A stretch of 61,879 nucleotides of DNA, counting the filler, from Hausera hauseri (Eukaryota): the NCBI GenBank assembly GCA_046269625.1. It is 12 parts of 12 records of this genome, joined end to end, with 100 filler letters (N's around TTAATTAATTAA, not from the genome) between each part and the next. Parts side by side here need not be neighbours in the genome. Positions count along the whole stretch, not along the records: positions 35,395 to 39,589 come from JBJURY010708103.1; positions 39,690 to 48,935 come from JBJURY010419920.1; positions 49,036 to 53,331 come from JBJURY010650663.1; 9 more parts are not named here. One strand, given 5' to 3'. Within the stretch, counting starts at the first letter, position 1. The number at the start of each line of letters is the position of its first letter. Shown piece by piece: positions 38,401 to 51,129 of the stretch. The notes beneath the pieces were generated by a model. It had not been told where the DNA came from and did not search any database. It saw nothing but the letters and a program-made list of their open reading frames with translations. The translations under genes and the position numbers were made by a program.

Positions 38401-39310
38401 TACCTGCATGGAGGAGAATCTGTGCACATACACAAGCAATCTCTTGATGGTTGCCAGAGTCCATCCGCACTTATTACTCTGGCTCTCATCGGCTTCAGGG
38501 ATCAGCTTTGCATGCTCTTTATGCAGCCATTCTACAATATTGGTGGCTTCAAAAATGGGCCTATTTCTGGTCTTGAAGGCCCTTTTGACCTCTTCTCAAT
38601 CAACATTGACGTATGTGGCCTAAGGTTTCACATTAACCTTAAGGGCCTTGAGCTCAGCTGTGTTTTCCTGGAGAATCCCTATTGTTTCTTCCTCTGTATA
38701 CTCCAGGAACTCCTTGATTGTTGTTTGACCAGCTGCATCAATGACATATTTGCGGACTTTTTTCTTTAATGCTGCAGCATTAACTGACCGCTGCCTTTGG
38801 CTTTTTGATGGAGCTGCTACGCCTGATGCGCTTGACGGGTTTGATGCACCTGATATGTCTGATCCGCGTTTTAGTCCTGCATCCGGCTGTGGTACTGCAT
38901 CTGGCTGTGGTGCTGCCGGCTGTACAACTGGCTTATGTTCATTAAAGATGATCTTTTTTGACTTTGATGCGAAGTCGGTAAAATGATGTTTGTGGTCTTC
39001 ATAAAACTGTATGTATTCTCCATGACATACAGCCTTACATCTTGGGCAGATATAATAGAGGATCCTATTCATTTTGTATCCATAATAGCTCCTCATAGTA
39101 TTGTTGCAATTCTGAGGGTTGTGTATTATGGACATTGTGAAAGTCTTCATAATTAGTTTGACACACTATCTTACATGTAGGGCATATATAATACTGAACC
39201 CTGTTGTAAATATGACTAAAGAATTTCATCATAATACTGTGGCAATTTTCAGGCTCATGGATTTGAGCCAAGCATTCTCTGTAAAGATTGCACATATAAA
39301 AATTAACCAA
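35500..39310 (-). pseudogene. polB: Polinton/adintovirus protein-primed family B DNA polymerase, heavily disrupted, with N-terminal extension
   Basis: KKACVNVHNNDNMCF, CKRCLSHF, YCDFEAIL, RFIDSFHFMSSSLDSL, RKGVFPYDY, YLTTDVLLL, GYILEVDMEYP, FKLYNNSV, KPIYVGMTILDLSK, YMDTDSF, LRSKMYA. Confidence 0.93.
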
Positions 39311-40661
39311 TTATTTGAGGAGCACAATTAAAAAACGTACCATTCGTTGAAGTGATTTTGGTAATAATGAAATATATTGCCATATCACCATGTCCTGGTC
39401 CGCTTCTTGATGGGTTTTAATGCACTTTTGTTTCAATGCATCAGTTAAATTAAGTGATTGGTGGCGCCAAAGCCGATTAGGTTTTCGACCATGGGGAATC
39501 GAATGACGTTACTAGATTCTTCGAATAATGCATGCTTGACCGAGTTTTTGAGTTCGAATAGCTAAGTATTCGACTCGGAAGCTTGAATTNNNNNNNNNNN
39601 NNNNNNNNNNNNNNNNNNNNNNNNNNNNNNNNNTTAATTAATTAANNNNNNNNNNNNNNNNNNNNNNNNNNNNNNNNNNNNNNNNNNNNAGATCTACAAT
39701 CAGGCGATGTCAGTTCAGGCGATATGAACATGAATTCTATTTCATGCGACAGTACCCAATAAACGTATCCAGAATGTAAATACAACATGGGTTGAACAGG
39801 TGCCGTTGAGAATCATGCTAATCTTCAGAATAAATGCTTTTCAATATCTGACGAACGAAGATTTATTCCCGAAAAAAATGGAATCATACCTCAAAACTTT
39901 TATCAGTATAATCGTCAGCAAACCGGCTTTCAATCAGCAAATATAATGTCCAACGATAAAAGTTATGTCAATGCAGTCACAGTTGCCACATCCACCTGCA
40001 CCCGGTGTCAGACTGCTGAATTTGCTACAGCAGCAGCCGCCACAACAACAACCATCGCAGCAGCAGCAGTATCCGTCGCAACAGTCGCAAACACAGACGC
40101 AACAACTGCCTCCTCGGTCCTCCGATCCGTTATCAAATCAGATAAAGAGTCCGATCACCAACAACGTATTATAAGTCGTTTCTTCACAGCTGTCTGTGAC
40201 CCAATGATCATTACCATTACAACATCGATAACCACCATGAGTGAGACAACCCCTCAGATACACACTCCTTGGAATAATCGACTGTATTTCAATTTTTTAA
40301 TCAAGATTAGATTTAATAATAATAACCATACAACTTATGATGATGACGATTGATGCTGATGTGATAATGATGACTAGTGAATGTAACTGGTGGTTACATT
40401 GCTACTATCTTTTTCAACAAGGCCTCTATCTCTGTGCACAGACAGCGTTTGTTTGTGTGTATAAATGTCTGTATGTGCTCGCGTGTGTGTGATAGTTTTT
40501 GTTTTAATATTGTAAATTATTTACGATAAGTGTAAAAACATTTTGAATAAATTGAATTTTATTTGTTATCAGCCATACTTTGTCAATTTTAGAAGATAAT
40601 CTTTTAGAATTACATTATTTTATACACGCGGATATTTATCAGCCATAATACGTTCATAAGT

Positions 40662-40672
40662 TGGTGTCAGAA
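40662..40672 (+). promoter_or_regulatory. Candidate LTR-retrotransposon primer-binding site (tRNA-Leu type) TGGTGTCAGAA
   Basis: 11-nt match to the complement of a tRNA-Leu 3' end; follows an AT-rich stretch with AATAAA at 40546; no second LTR seen. Confidence 0.4.
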
Positions 40673-40719
40673 ATAAATTATTGGATTGCTTGAAATCAGT
40701 AATCGAGAGCATATGAATT

Positions 40720-41530
40720 TTCGTTTCGGGACTTAGTGAAGGATTTCGTGGACGCTCCTGGACGCCAAGTCAGCGGTTTGATTTATTTCATAGACTGGAG
40801 AATTTCGGAATGAATACGTACGTTTACGTACCGAAAGATGACCCAAAACATCGACAGTTATGGCGCACTTTATATTCAAAAACAGAACTTACGCTCTTGA
40901 AATATCTTATTGCAACATCAAAGCTGTACAAAGTAACATTTGTTTATTTCATTTCACCAAGTTTGGACATTGCTTTTTCTGATTCGACAGATGTTCTCAC
41001 CCTAAAACAAAAAATGTCGCAGTATCTAAAATAGGCTGTGAATCATTTGCAATGCCTTTTGATGACTGATTCTAATTTAAAAAAACTAATTCAAAAGGGT
41101 ATATTTCGTCGGCTCAAGCTCAGATCTCAATAAAATATGACATGTGATTTTTTAAAACGTTTGAAATTGTCTTTCTTTTGCCCAACAGAATATCGTGGAA
41201 CTTGAGCTGTTTTGTCTGTTAAAGAGTCAGACTATCTAAAAACTGTCGGAGAATTTTTATCACCAGAAATTCGCGTTTTGTGGACTAGTCCAAAAGTTGT
41301 TTGGAAATTTATTCCGGTACTGTCAATCATTGAACTATCTGACGTTTTGCGACGATTTCCTGTTATATGGGACAATATCCACGCTAATGACTATGGTCAA
41401 CGTAGACTTTTCTTAGGTCCGCATTGTGGCCGTTTATCGAGCCTAATTCAATACGTCAGCAGAGTACTTACCAACCATAACTGCGAGTTTGAGGCTAATT
41501 ATATTTCAACCCACGCGTTGCCTCAATGCA
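40720..41530 (+). pseudogene. OGA: O-GlcNAcase GH84 catalytic domain, intronless and disrupted
   Basis: [88 protein letters not shown]; stops and frameshifts. Confidence 0.92.
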
Positions 41531-43220
41531 CACAATGTTATAGAAAAGTGTTAAAATGTGCTTTTGTCGATTGGCTAATGGTTTTGTGTGGAGATGTCGA
41601 TAAACATTTCGAAAATACAGACAAAGTGAACAAAAAATTAATTATCAACAATAATTCATTAAATATAAAATTCTCCACTGTGTCAAAAACATACACTGCC
41701 AAACCTTTGCAGGATATGACTGCTGAGATTTTGATCAAGTACTCTGCAATTGAACTGCCAAATATATTGCTACCATTCAATGCTCCCAATACCGAAGTCG
41801 ATGCGTCTAATAAAATTTTAACAAATTTGCAAAATGTGTACAAATGTGAAAGTACCGACGTATCAACATCTTCCAAAAATGCCATGGTACTCTTTCCAGT
41901 ATTTGATGTTAATCGGCCAGCTAACAGAAGCATACACGTCTTCGTAAAACAGGAGAACCTCTGACAATCAGACTTAGACAATTTATGATACAATCCATGC
42001 TTAAACACAAAATGTATGGGTTTGACACGCCCAAAAATTTACCAGGAACCTCAACAGCGAGATTGGCTTTGAAAGCATCACAGGTTAAAGGGGCACAGGG
42101 TCTCCATTAAGTGTCTTTATTGATGCTGCAACATATTTAATCACATCATTAACAATGGGGTTTTGCTGCAGTTGGTTGTTGGGCTCCCGTTTTTCATTTT
42201 TATCCCTTTCATTACTCTTGCCGGTATAATGCAAGGAAAACTTCCTTCTGTTCAGAGAATGATTGATAGTTCAAACGTTTTTTCAGTTGCCTTGCTTTTC
42301 ATAACGCTTAACAATATACGAGTTTTTCATCATTCGGATTACAAGCATATTTTTATGATAAATATACGGTTAGTCCAAAGTATACAAACAGATCAAAACA
42401 TTTTAGACTGTCATTCAATGGGCTAGTCTGCGGAATTGGTGCCTCAGCCACCTATTTTGGCCACCATGTAGTGTTTATTACTGGTGGAATTCTGTTAGAT
42501 AGGAACAAGATTGATTTGATTGGCCTCATAAGAATGTTTTCATGCTTCACACCGAACTCTGCAGCTTTCGCACGCGCATTTTGCTTTAGCGCCAAATACA
42601 AAAAAGCAAAAAACGTCACGATGCAACTGTTTGACGTCGTCGACCATATCAATCGGGCCGGTGTGATAATTTCTGCTAGTACATCGGAAATAGCGGAATC
42701 GTATAAAGGTAATACAGCATTTGTTGCAATAGATATTAAGTGCTATATGAATATTCTAATCAAATTACCTTATAAAAATTATCCTGATCACTGCCTGCAA
42801 TTTAAATCATTTGTAAACATGCCCGATAAAGCCCACCAGCTTGCTTTTAGAACCGCAGACTACGACGAACAGTCAGAGGGGAGGTCGGTCACCCTGCAAT
42901 TTGGGACCCTCCGTGCCGGGGCGGAGGTCTCGACCGTCAAACCTACGCCGGTCGGTCAGACGGCGCCTTTCGCGTCGGCCTCACACCATGCCCCAGGCAC
43001 ACTACTTTCCCATCTATTTTCCTTTTTATAAATAATACACACATGCACACTCAGTACATCACATTTACATATTGCAACCCTTCGTACCTTCATTTCTTTC
43101 TTACACAACTCTTCCGATTTCTATCTTACACATAACGGTTTTATAATACCCCTCACCGGAACCCTACCATCTTTCTCAAACCACACTTGCCTCTACATAC
43201 ATTCCCGTTTCCGTGGTGGC

Positions 43221-45460
43221 ATGAACTTTTCGCCAACCATAGACACCACGGATAAAACCACCACAAAATTAAAACCTGTCATATTGCTTCAAAAACCTAT
43301 TTCTACCCCTTCTAGCAACCTCCCATCCATTACCTCTTCCGCTAATTTACCTAACTGCACAGAATTTTTTATTGACAACCAATGCTTCAGCAAAACTTGG
43401 TTGCAATTCCATTAGGTATGGCTACAGGCAAATAACATCACTGACTCTTTAACAAAAGCACATAATCTTCTCTTCTTCCTCCCTAATAATATCAAAGCCG
43501 AATTCACAACATCATCGAAATCTTTGAACTTCCATACCCATATTTCCAACTTTCCAACGCAGTTCTTAAGATCACAGAACCTTCCATGGACACGATCATA
43601 CAATGTTTCTTCAACAACAATGTTATAGGCATTCAACGACCATCAGAATTCTTATGCGCCTCTTTAGCACATCTATATACCCTCGGCCTCACTAAGGAAC
43701 ACAATCCAAACCTACTGCGCCACTATTTCCTCAATGCACTACCTATCCAAATCCGGACTTTACTTACCGTGGTGGAGGACTCCACACCGCTTGAGAAATT
43801 GGCCGAATTAGCCGATAGGGCACACGACGTCCTACACGTAAATTCTCCACAAGCTGTTTCAGCAGCAATTGCTGCTAACGATATTCAAACAAATAGCACG
43901 TCTATAGAACAACAGCTTAATCAGCTACGTGCTGAAAATATTGCACTACACGCAACAATCAAAAATATCAATAATAAACTAAGCGTACTCACCCTGTCCA
44001 GCCGGAGGGATTTTGCCGCTGACTGCGCTCGTTCCGCGTCTAAAAACCGCTTACCATCGCCTGCGCGTTTGTCGATCTGCTATTACCACAGCAGATTTAA
44101 CACTAACACTCGGAAGTGCTGCCTAGGGTGCATGTTTTATAACAATAATTTTTCCTCGGATACAGTTGTTTGCATCTACCATGCAAGGTTCAAAAATCAG
44201 GTTCGTAAATGCATTCCAGGCTGCACTTTCAAATCAAATACGAACGACGGACGTACTGCTTTCCTTCTAATAGTCATCCTAATTCACCCTTTCAAAAAAA
44301 CTAAGTTCGCCGCCAGAAGTTACGGCAAACTCTGGCAAAGGCACTACTTCACTTTCTGAACGCCGACACGTCTCTTTTGCTGTCTGTACTCTAAAGGCTG
44401 CAATCACTGCTTTTACAACGCAATCTGTTGACTTCCTCATTAATACAGGTGCAGCGATTTCTTTATTACCACAAACCTTTCCTGTACAAAATTCTCCATT
44501 CAAAGTCAAGCCCTTATACACTGCTTCAGGCCAACCGCTGCACATTTCTGGCATGGCTAAATTATCTTTCACATTACCTTTTTTTTCACCTTTCCACTGG
44601 ACGTTCACAGTCGCTAACGTTTAGACGGCAATTCTAGGATCCGACTTTCTCTTACACTATAATTTACTTTTTGACTGCAGTCAACGATGTTCGATGAACG
44701 GCACCGTTGGCGACATTTCTGGACATGTCAATAGCATTTTGACTACCGCGCAGTAGACCGGAACGCGGAGGTCAATCTTTAAAAAGTCAATAAATAATTC
44801 GATTTTTTATAACAATAATGCCATTCGAAAATTTTTAAATAATAATAGTGATATACGATCGAGGTTCGATATCGATAATTGTGGTACTGCCACCAACGTT
44901 AATTCATTCGACGAAAAAAACTTCATCCAACACCATTTTCAATTCGACCATCTTATACCAAATACCACTTGACTGCACGTCACCTAACAACTCACAAATT
45001 GCATCCTCTACTACTCAAGCCGTTTCACCACTTCCACCAAATCTCTTACAGTTACCTGCAACTTTACAGCAATTCGTCAACACATCATGTCCACGCGTAC
45101 TTAGAAAAGACCGCACGTTTACTCCCGCAAACAGTACTTTACACACATACTCATACAGCATCGACGACCAATACGCCAAAATGTACGGCCTCTGTCACCT
45201 CGCTGTAGGCAGGCTGTAGAAGCCGAATTTCTTAAATTAGAACGTTCCGGCATAGTACGCCGTTCCAAATCTCCTTGGTCATCATCTTTTCATGTTGTAC
45301 GAAAAAGGACGGTACTTTTAGACCATGCGGTGACTACCGACAGCTGAACAACTTGACTATCATGGATGCGTACCCGCTACCACACATCAAGGATATCTTA
45401 CATCGTCTTAATTCATCCACCATTCATTTGACCATTGATTTACCTAAGGCATACCATCTG
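43221..45460 (+). mobile_element. Decayed Ty3/Gypsy element of CsRn1-like type (gag with CHCC motifs, protease, truncated RT)
   Basis: RPSEFL, FLNALP, LEKLAELADR; CYYHSRF..RKC..GC twice; FLINTGAAISLLP; KKDGTFRPCGDYRQLN..DAYPLPHI..IDLPKAYH, then abrupt truncation. Confidence 0.88.
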
Positions 45461-45751
45461 TGAGCAGGAATTTAAACGAATATTAAAGTTTAAATTTAAT
45501 TCAAAATTAAATTAATAAACAGCCAATATAAAATCAGGAAATTCAAAAAAGGATGAAAAGAAGAATCATTTAATGAGTGAAGGAGATAATTGTTATACCA
45601 ACTTTTATAATAAATTTCTAATGAATAATTCAGTCTTACAATCAACGAATGACGTTGAGGTCGGAATGGTAGATACGCGATCTACTAACAGAAAGATTTT
45701 ATATAAATTCTGTAAACAGTTTTCCATTTGGATATGTTGAAATAAAATGTT

Positions 45752-48700
45752 TTAATGAGAAGCCATCGCATGATCCTCAGTGCTTGGAGTGTCCGTTGTA
45801 AATCGGTGTATTGCAGCATTCTCTGAGGAAACTGCGAAACCAGCTCGTATCGCTGTTGAACCACGTGGAGGCAATATGTGGACTTGATCTGCGTGCCGCC
45901 GATGCACAGAACCGTCTTCTTGGTCAAGCAAACTGATGACTCTAGCACCCTCTTTGCCACAGATGACACCTTGACACAAGCGGTTCTCCTTGCCACGGAA
46001 AAACGTGACTTCAGTGGCATCCAGGTTCAGGCTGCGTAGATTTCTTTCATTAAAGAGTAAAGCAGAGGTTGCCTCGTAACTGCATGCGACGTGATGCGGT
46101 ATTAAAATAAGTAGTTGTCGATGCATTCTTCTAATGCCGTGAATGTAGGATAGTTTGAAGATTGTATAGATGATTTAAGTGACTTAATAAAATTCACAGC
46201 TAGACCATTCGACTGGGGATGACTTGGATGAGCAAAAACTTGGCAACATCCTATACCTTTTAACAAGTTTTGCATTTTACTGCCTGTAAAATGTGTACGA
46301 TTATCGCTGACAAGAACACGCGGAATGCCTTCACGCGAGAAGAATTTTCTCAAAGCCATTTTCGAAAATGAAGCAGACGCAGACACAGTCAAGAAAACTT
46401 CAGGATATTTGGAAAACCGTCAAAGATCCCCAGTGCGTAGTATTTCCCGAGGAAGGGACCACAGTAATCAACGTGAATCTTGTTCTTTGCTTCTCAAGTG
46501 CTTGGCCAAGGTTTCCATGAACAATGCGACTTCGGTTTGGCTTGGCAGCCGTTACACTATTTGATGTAAACATCGATGTCAGCATTAAACTCGGGCCACC
46601 AACACAGTAATCGAGCAAGCGATTTCATTTTATCTCTGCCAACATGGCCTTGATGTAGATGCACTAACATAGCACTGCGGCATACTGGTGGAATAATGAC
46701 TCGCTCATGAAACAGAAGAACCGCATCCACATCTACAGAAAGTTCATCCCGATACTTAAACAGAACCAGGAATCTTTTCTTGGCGCTTAGACTCCATCAG
46801 AATTTCAAGCAGTGGAGGACTAAACCGTAAAAATGACGCGTTTCCATAATCAAGCGATTTCGGTCAATGGACACCGGATTGACTAGAAAAACTAATTCAT
46901 CTCCATTCACTTCTGGTTTTTCCAAATTTAAAAACCGGGACAAGAAATCAGCATTTGGAATTTGTTTACCAAGTCGATGCACTGTGTCATAACGATAGCT
47001 TGAAAGTTCCATTGCCCAACGCTGTAACATCAATGAAGTGCACCTTGAGAGAGATGCATCAGGATGAAATATGTATTCTAACGCTTTATGATCCGTTACG
47101 ATCGTAAATGCGACACCAAAAAGAAATTTGTGCAAGCGCTTTAATGCCCAAAGAATGGCAAGAGCCTCTTTCTGTGTCTGTAAATAACATTTCTCAGTTT
47201 TGCTTAACAAGCGAAAAATAAAAACAACGGGACGTCCTTCCTGTTCTAGAACAGCGCCTACGCCTACTTCGGAAGCATCAACAACAATTTGTGATTTGGC
47301 AGTAAAACTAAAACTTTTCAGGACTACCTTGTCCTTCACAAGCTCTAGAAGCTTGCCATGCGCAACTTCTGCAGCTTTGTTCCACAAAAACTTATCGGCT
47401 TTAATCAACTTAAGCAGTGGACTAGCAATGGTGGAAAAATGAGGGATGAACTTTATATAGTATTGCATACAATAAACAAAAGAAAGTAACTCAGCAGCTG
47501 TTTGCGAAACTGTAGCAGACAAAAGAGAGCAAATTCGGTTTGGGTCAACCCTTATAACTTGACCATAAACACAATATCCTAAATATTGTAATGACTAGTC
47601 ACAAAATACAGACTTATCAGCATTAATACGAACATTATTTTCAAGTAGACGCTCGAGCAGAGCACTAAGATAGGAATCCTGAGCATCCTGTGTGGAAGCG
47701 AAGACAAGGATGTCATCTTGATAAGCCTTGACCCTTGTAACCCCTAAAGAAGTTTGTCAATCGCCTTCTGGGAAATTGCTGGTTCAACCTTCAAACCAAA
47801 TGGTAGATAATTATAACGGGAAAGACTCCGGATAGTATTGATGGTGGTGTACTCCTTAGATCTTTCTTCCAATGGAATTTGAAAATAAGCGTTTTGCAGG
47901 TCAACTTTAGAGAAGAAGGAACATCCACTCAAGCCTGATACCATTTCCTCAACATCTGGAGTAGTAGATGAAATGCATTTCAATGACCTGTTTACCGTTA
48001 CCGAGAAGTCTCCGCAAACTCGAACTTTGCCAGTCGACTTAATTGCTGTAGCAAAAGGAGTGGCCCACGAACTTGACTTTATGCATTCCAAAACGCCACA
48101 AGCAACTAGTCTATCCAATTCTTACTTAACAGCATCACGCACACTAAAAGCTAATGGTAGAACCTTGCAAAACTTTGCAGAATGGGCTTCAACAAGCAAC
48201 TCAACTAAGGAGATCTTCATGCTACCTTCAACTGTGGATCATTCAGCAATAAGTTTTCGCAGTCTCGTGGTCAGTATCGGCTTTTTAATTCCGTTTTTAA
48301 AATGCATTTAACTTGCAGAGAACGAAGACCGTTTAGGTCCAATATACACGGACTTTCATTTATGACCAAGAAATCTAACTCAACACGAGTGTCGCCCGAA
48401 ACGGAGACCTTGGTTGAAACTTCACCCTCAACTGACAGTCGATGACCTGTTATGCCTGAAGCAGAAGTAATGGTAGGTACTAGGTATTTACGACCAAGGC
48501 CAGCAACGCGGAGAGCAATGGCATTCAGAAAATTGACAGGGCTTCCTGTATCAATGATGAAATCAAAATATCAACCATTGGAGAACCCCAGCTTCTCAAC
48601 GATGCGATCAGATGAACAGCTATTTACACCGAGAACCTGGAAGTCAGTATCAATATTCGACTGAATAAACTTAACCTGAGTCTGACGACAGACTTTATTG

Positions 48701-48935
48701 AGGTGACCTGTCTTCTCACACTGAAAACACTTCGCCTCACGAAATTTGCAGTTTTTTCGAAAGTGATGTCCACCACACGAATGACAAGAGGTATTAGTGT
48801 TCTTCTTCACAGGATTCGCAACTGATTGTTATTTTGACTGAGTACTATTAGGTTTAGCGCGAACAAATTGTTTAGACAACGATGTCTTAGCTACAACCAA
48901 CACTTGCGTGTCAGGAATCGCATATTGAATATTGT
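45752..48935 (-). mobile_element. Decayed Mag-clade Ty3/Gypsy element (zinc knuckles, protease, RT, RNase H, integrase)
   Basis: [104 protein letters not shown]. Confidence 0.92.
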
Positions 48936-49035
48936 NNNNNNNNNNNNNNNNNNNNNNNNNNNNNNNNNNNNNNNNNNNNTTAATTAATTAANNNNNNNNN
49001 NNNNNNNNNNNNNNNNNNNNNNNNNNNNNNNNNNN

Positions 49036-49581
49036 TTGCCATAAATTAGCCTTGCACACTGGACAAAAACTTTCAGTGTTATTGTCTAAGTCACAATCCG
49101 TGACCCTTGTTATTTCTTGGAAAAGGAATCCTTTGGGGGTTTTTATATATATATATATATATATATATCCGTGCAATTGTTTTTGGTCGGGATCAACTGA
49201 ACTTTTCCGTGGATCACCATTAACGGCTATTAGGGTCCACTCAATTACGGGTTGGGCATCTAGGTCTGGGACTCCCATTTTCTTGTACTGTTTCTTTATT
49301 TCTATTCTGGTCTGGTTGTCGACTGGCACGGTTATTCTCTTAGTTTCTGTTTTCGATCTGAACACTGGAGTTAGATATCTGCCTAACTTGGGGTCAATTC
49401 GAGCATAAGCATTTTCATGTAATTCTAATATTGGCACTGTACGAATGTAAAATACTGCCTCTTTGATTTTCCCACGACTTACATACTCTGCCATTATCAG
49501 GATGCTAGGTTGTTCTTCCGTGTCTTTGTGGTCTTCTGTGATTATTATTTCCTTATCTTGTCTCCTTTTTAAAACATTCAC
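49036..49581 (-). CDS. Unknown ORF ending in a CxxC motif (CPVC), cut by the contig end; contains a (TA)n tract at 49144-49168
   Basis: Open frame co-oriented with the upstream cargo ORFs; no recognisable family. Confidence 0.4.
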
Positions 49582-49762
49582 TTCCGTAAGTCTCTCTGGT
49601 ATCTTCTCCGGAGGATGTTTTCTAATTTGTTCAGTTTGGGATGATCCTTTTTCTTTCTTCTTTAGAAATCCGAATATTGATTTCTTTTTCTTTTATGGAG
49701 ATGGGTCTCTCAATTTTGGCTTTTGGTTGATGTTTCTTGATAGCTCTCTATTTTCTTTGTTT

Positions 49763-50880
49763 TTACAGGTACCTGAAATCCATATGTAAGGTTACTGGGT
49801 TTATGTTGGGTAACATCTTCTTGGTTTGAAACTGATACCGTAATTCGCATGTTATTGTCCCTTTTGGTTCGACGATTCGCATCGGCGAATACGGATGAAA
49901 TTGATTCCGGTGGTGGGAATTCAATTCCATCGGGTTTGTACTGCTTTGATTGTTATTTTTGGGGTTCAGGGCCCACCATTCATGATCCAATTTGATCGTG
50001 GCGTAAATATCGCGCAAGTATTGGGTCCTTTTAGTAGCAGGCAACTGTCGGTTGATTCTATAGTGGGTTCCGATCATGATTTCTATCATTGCTTTGAAGT
50101 GCGTTTCCATGGTCATGGGGACGGGTCGATTTACACTATCCATTTTCCCTTTAATGTTGGGGTCAGCCCAGAATTCTCGTATTCCGGCTATATTTTTGGG
50201 TTTTATTCCTAGTTTGTCTATTTGTTCTTGGGTTCGGAATTCCGCGATTATGCAACCGTACAAACAGTGGTTTAGTTCTATATCTACAGCCTTTATGTCC
50301 TTTCCATATATCATATCTTCTTTTCTTATGCCTGTTATTTCCGCAAACGTTTCTTTTACTCTTTTCCGAGGGGCAATCAGCCTAGAATACACTTCTATCC
50401 CATTCATATCTCTAACTGAAACTTCAATGGGGATAAAATTTCCGTTGTCTTCTTCTCCGTAGTTTGTGGCAATGATACGGACGTTCCGTCAGTCTTGTAC
50501 CAGTTTATATGACCCTAAATGTTTGTCTATTTGGTCTTCCGTTGGATACTGATGGTATATCAAGAAAGGCAAAGGTATAATCGGAATTTCCTCTCAGGTG
50601 ATTTCTACCATAAGTTTTACCGGTAGGGCTGTGATTCTTAATTCTATTTCTTTCACAATTAAGCTTCCTGCGCACAGCTTAAAAGTACTAAATTTATACT
50701 ACCGCCATTTATTCGAATCCCAGTTTTGTTCAGTCAATCTATAGTAAACTTTCCCTTCTGCTAGATGTATGTATACGTCATTATGCCGTTCTAACTCACA
50801 TTTTAGTAGGTTCCGTAGTTTATAAGATCGAGCATCTTCGTTGTTCCGCATGGCATATAATCGTATTATTCAATTCTCTT
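49763..50880 (-). pseudogene. ORF with a DEDDh 3'-5' exonuclease-like (REX4/ISG20) domain, catalytic residues not evident
   Basis: EVSVRDMNGIEVYSRLIAPRKRVKETFAEITGIRKEDMIYGKDIKAVDIELNHCLYGCII parallels REX4 RVSIVN..G..VYD.YVKP...V.DYRT.VSGIRPE.L..G......V..EV...L.GRIL. Confidence 0.68.
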
Positions 50881-51129
50881 CCATGATTCCTTTTAAACTG
50901 TTGGTATTTCATCTATTTTATTTTACTCAATTGATGGTTTGTTCTGTAATTCCAAGTGTATCGCATTCTCTTGCAAAAATCCATTGATGTCCATACAAGA
51001 ATTGCTGCTGGCCGCTATGATACTCACCAATCTGAAATAGAACAAATAAAGGTTAATCCTAAGACAGATCTTTGTTTCATTACAAAACAATTTTACTGTC
51101 TAATGACAGAATAACCTGATCTGTAGTTT

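Noticed and set aside
1891-39310. Treating the capsid module and the polymerase as one Polinton
   Set aside because: They are on different contigs with no shared terminal repeat and may belong to different Polinton groups.
39946-40353. Ala/Thr-rich 135-aa ORF as a gene
   Set aside because: Alternate frame of a CAG/CAA-rich low-complexity tract; the Gln-rich frame is itself interrupted, so no product can be assigned.
42030-43031. O-GlcNAcase C-terminal domain or another gene after the GH84 fragment
   Set aside because: No recognisable motif in any frame I translated.
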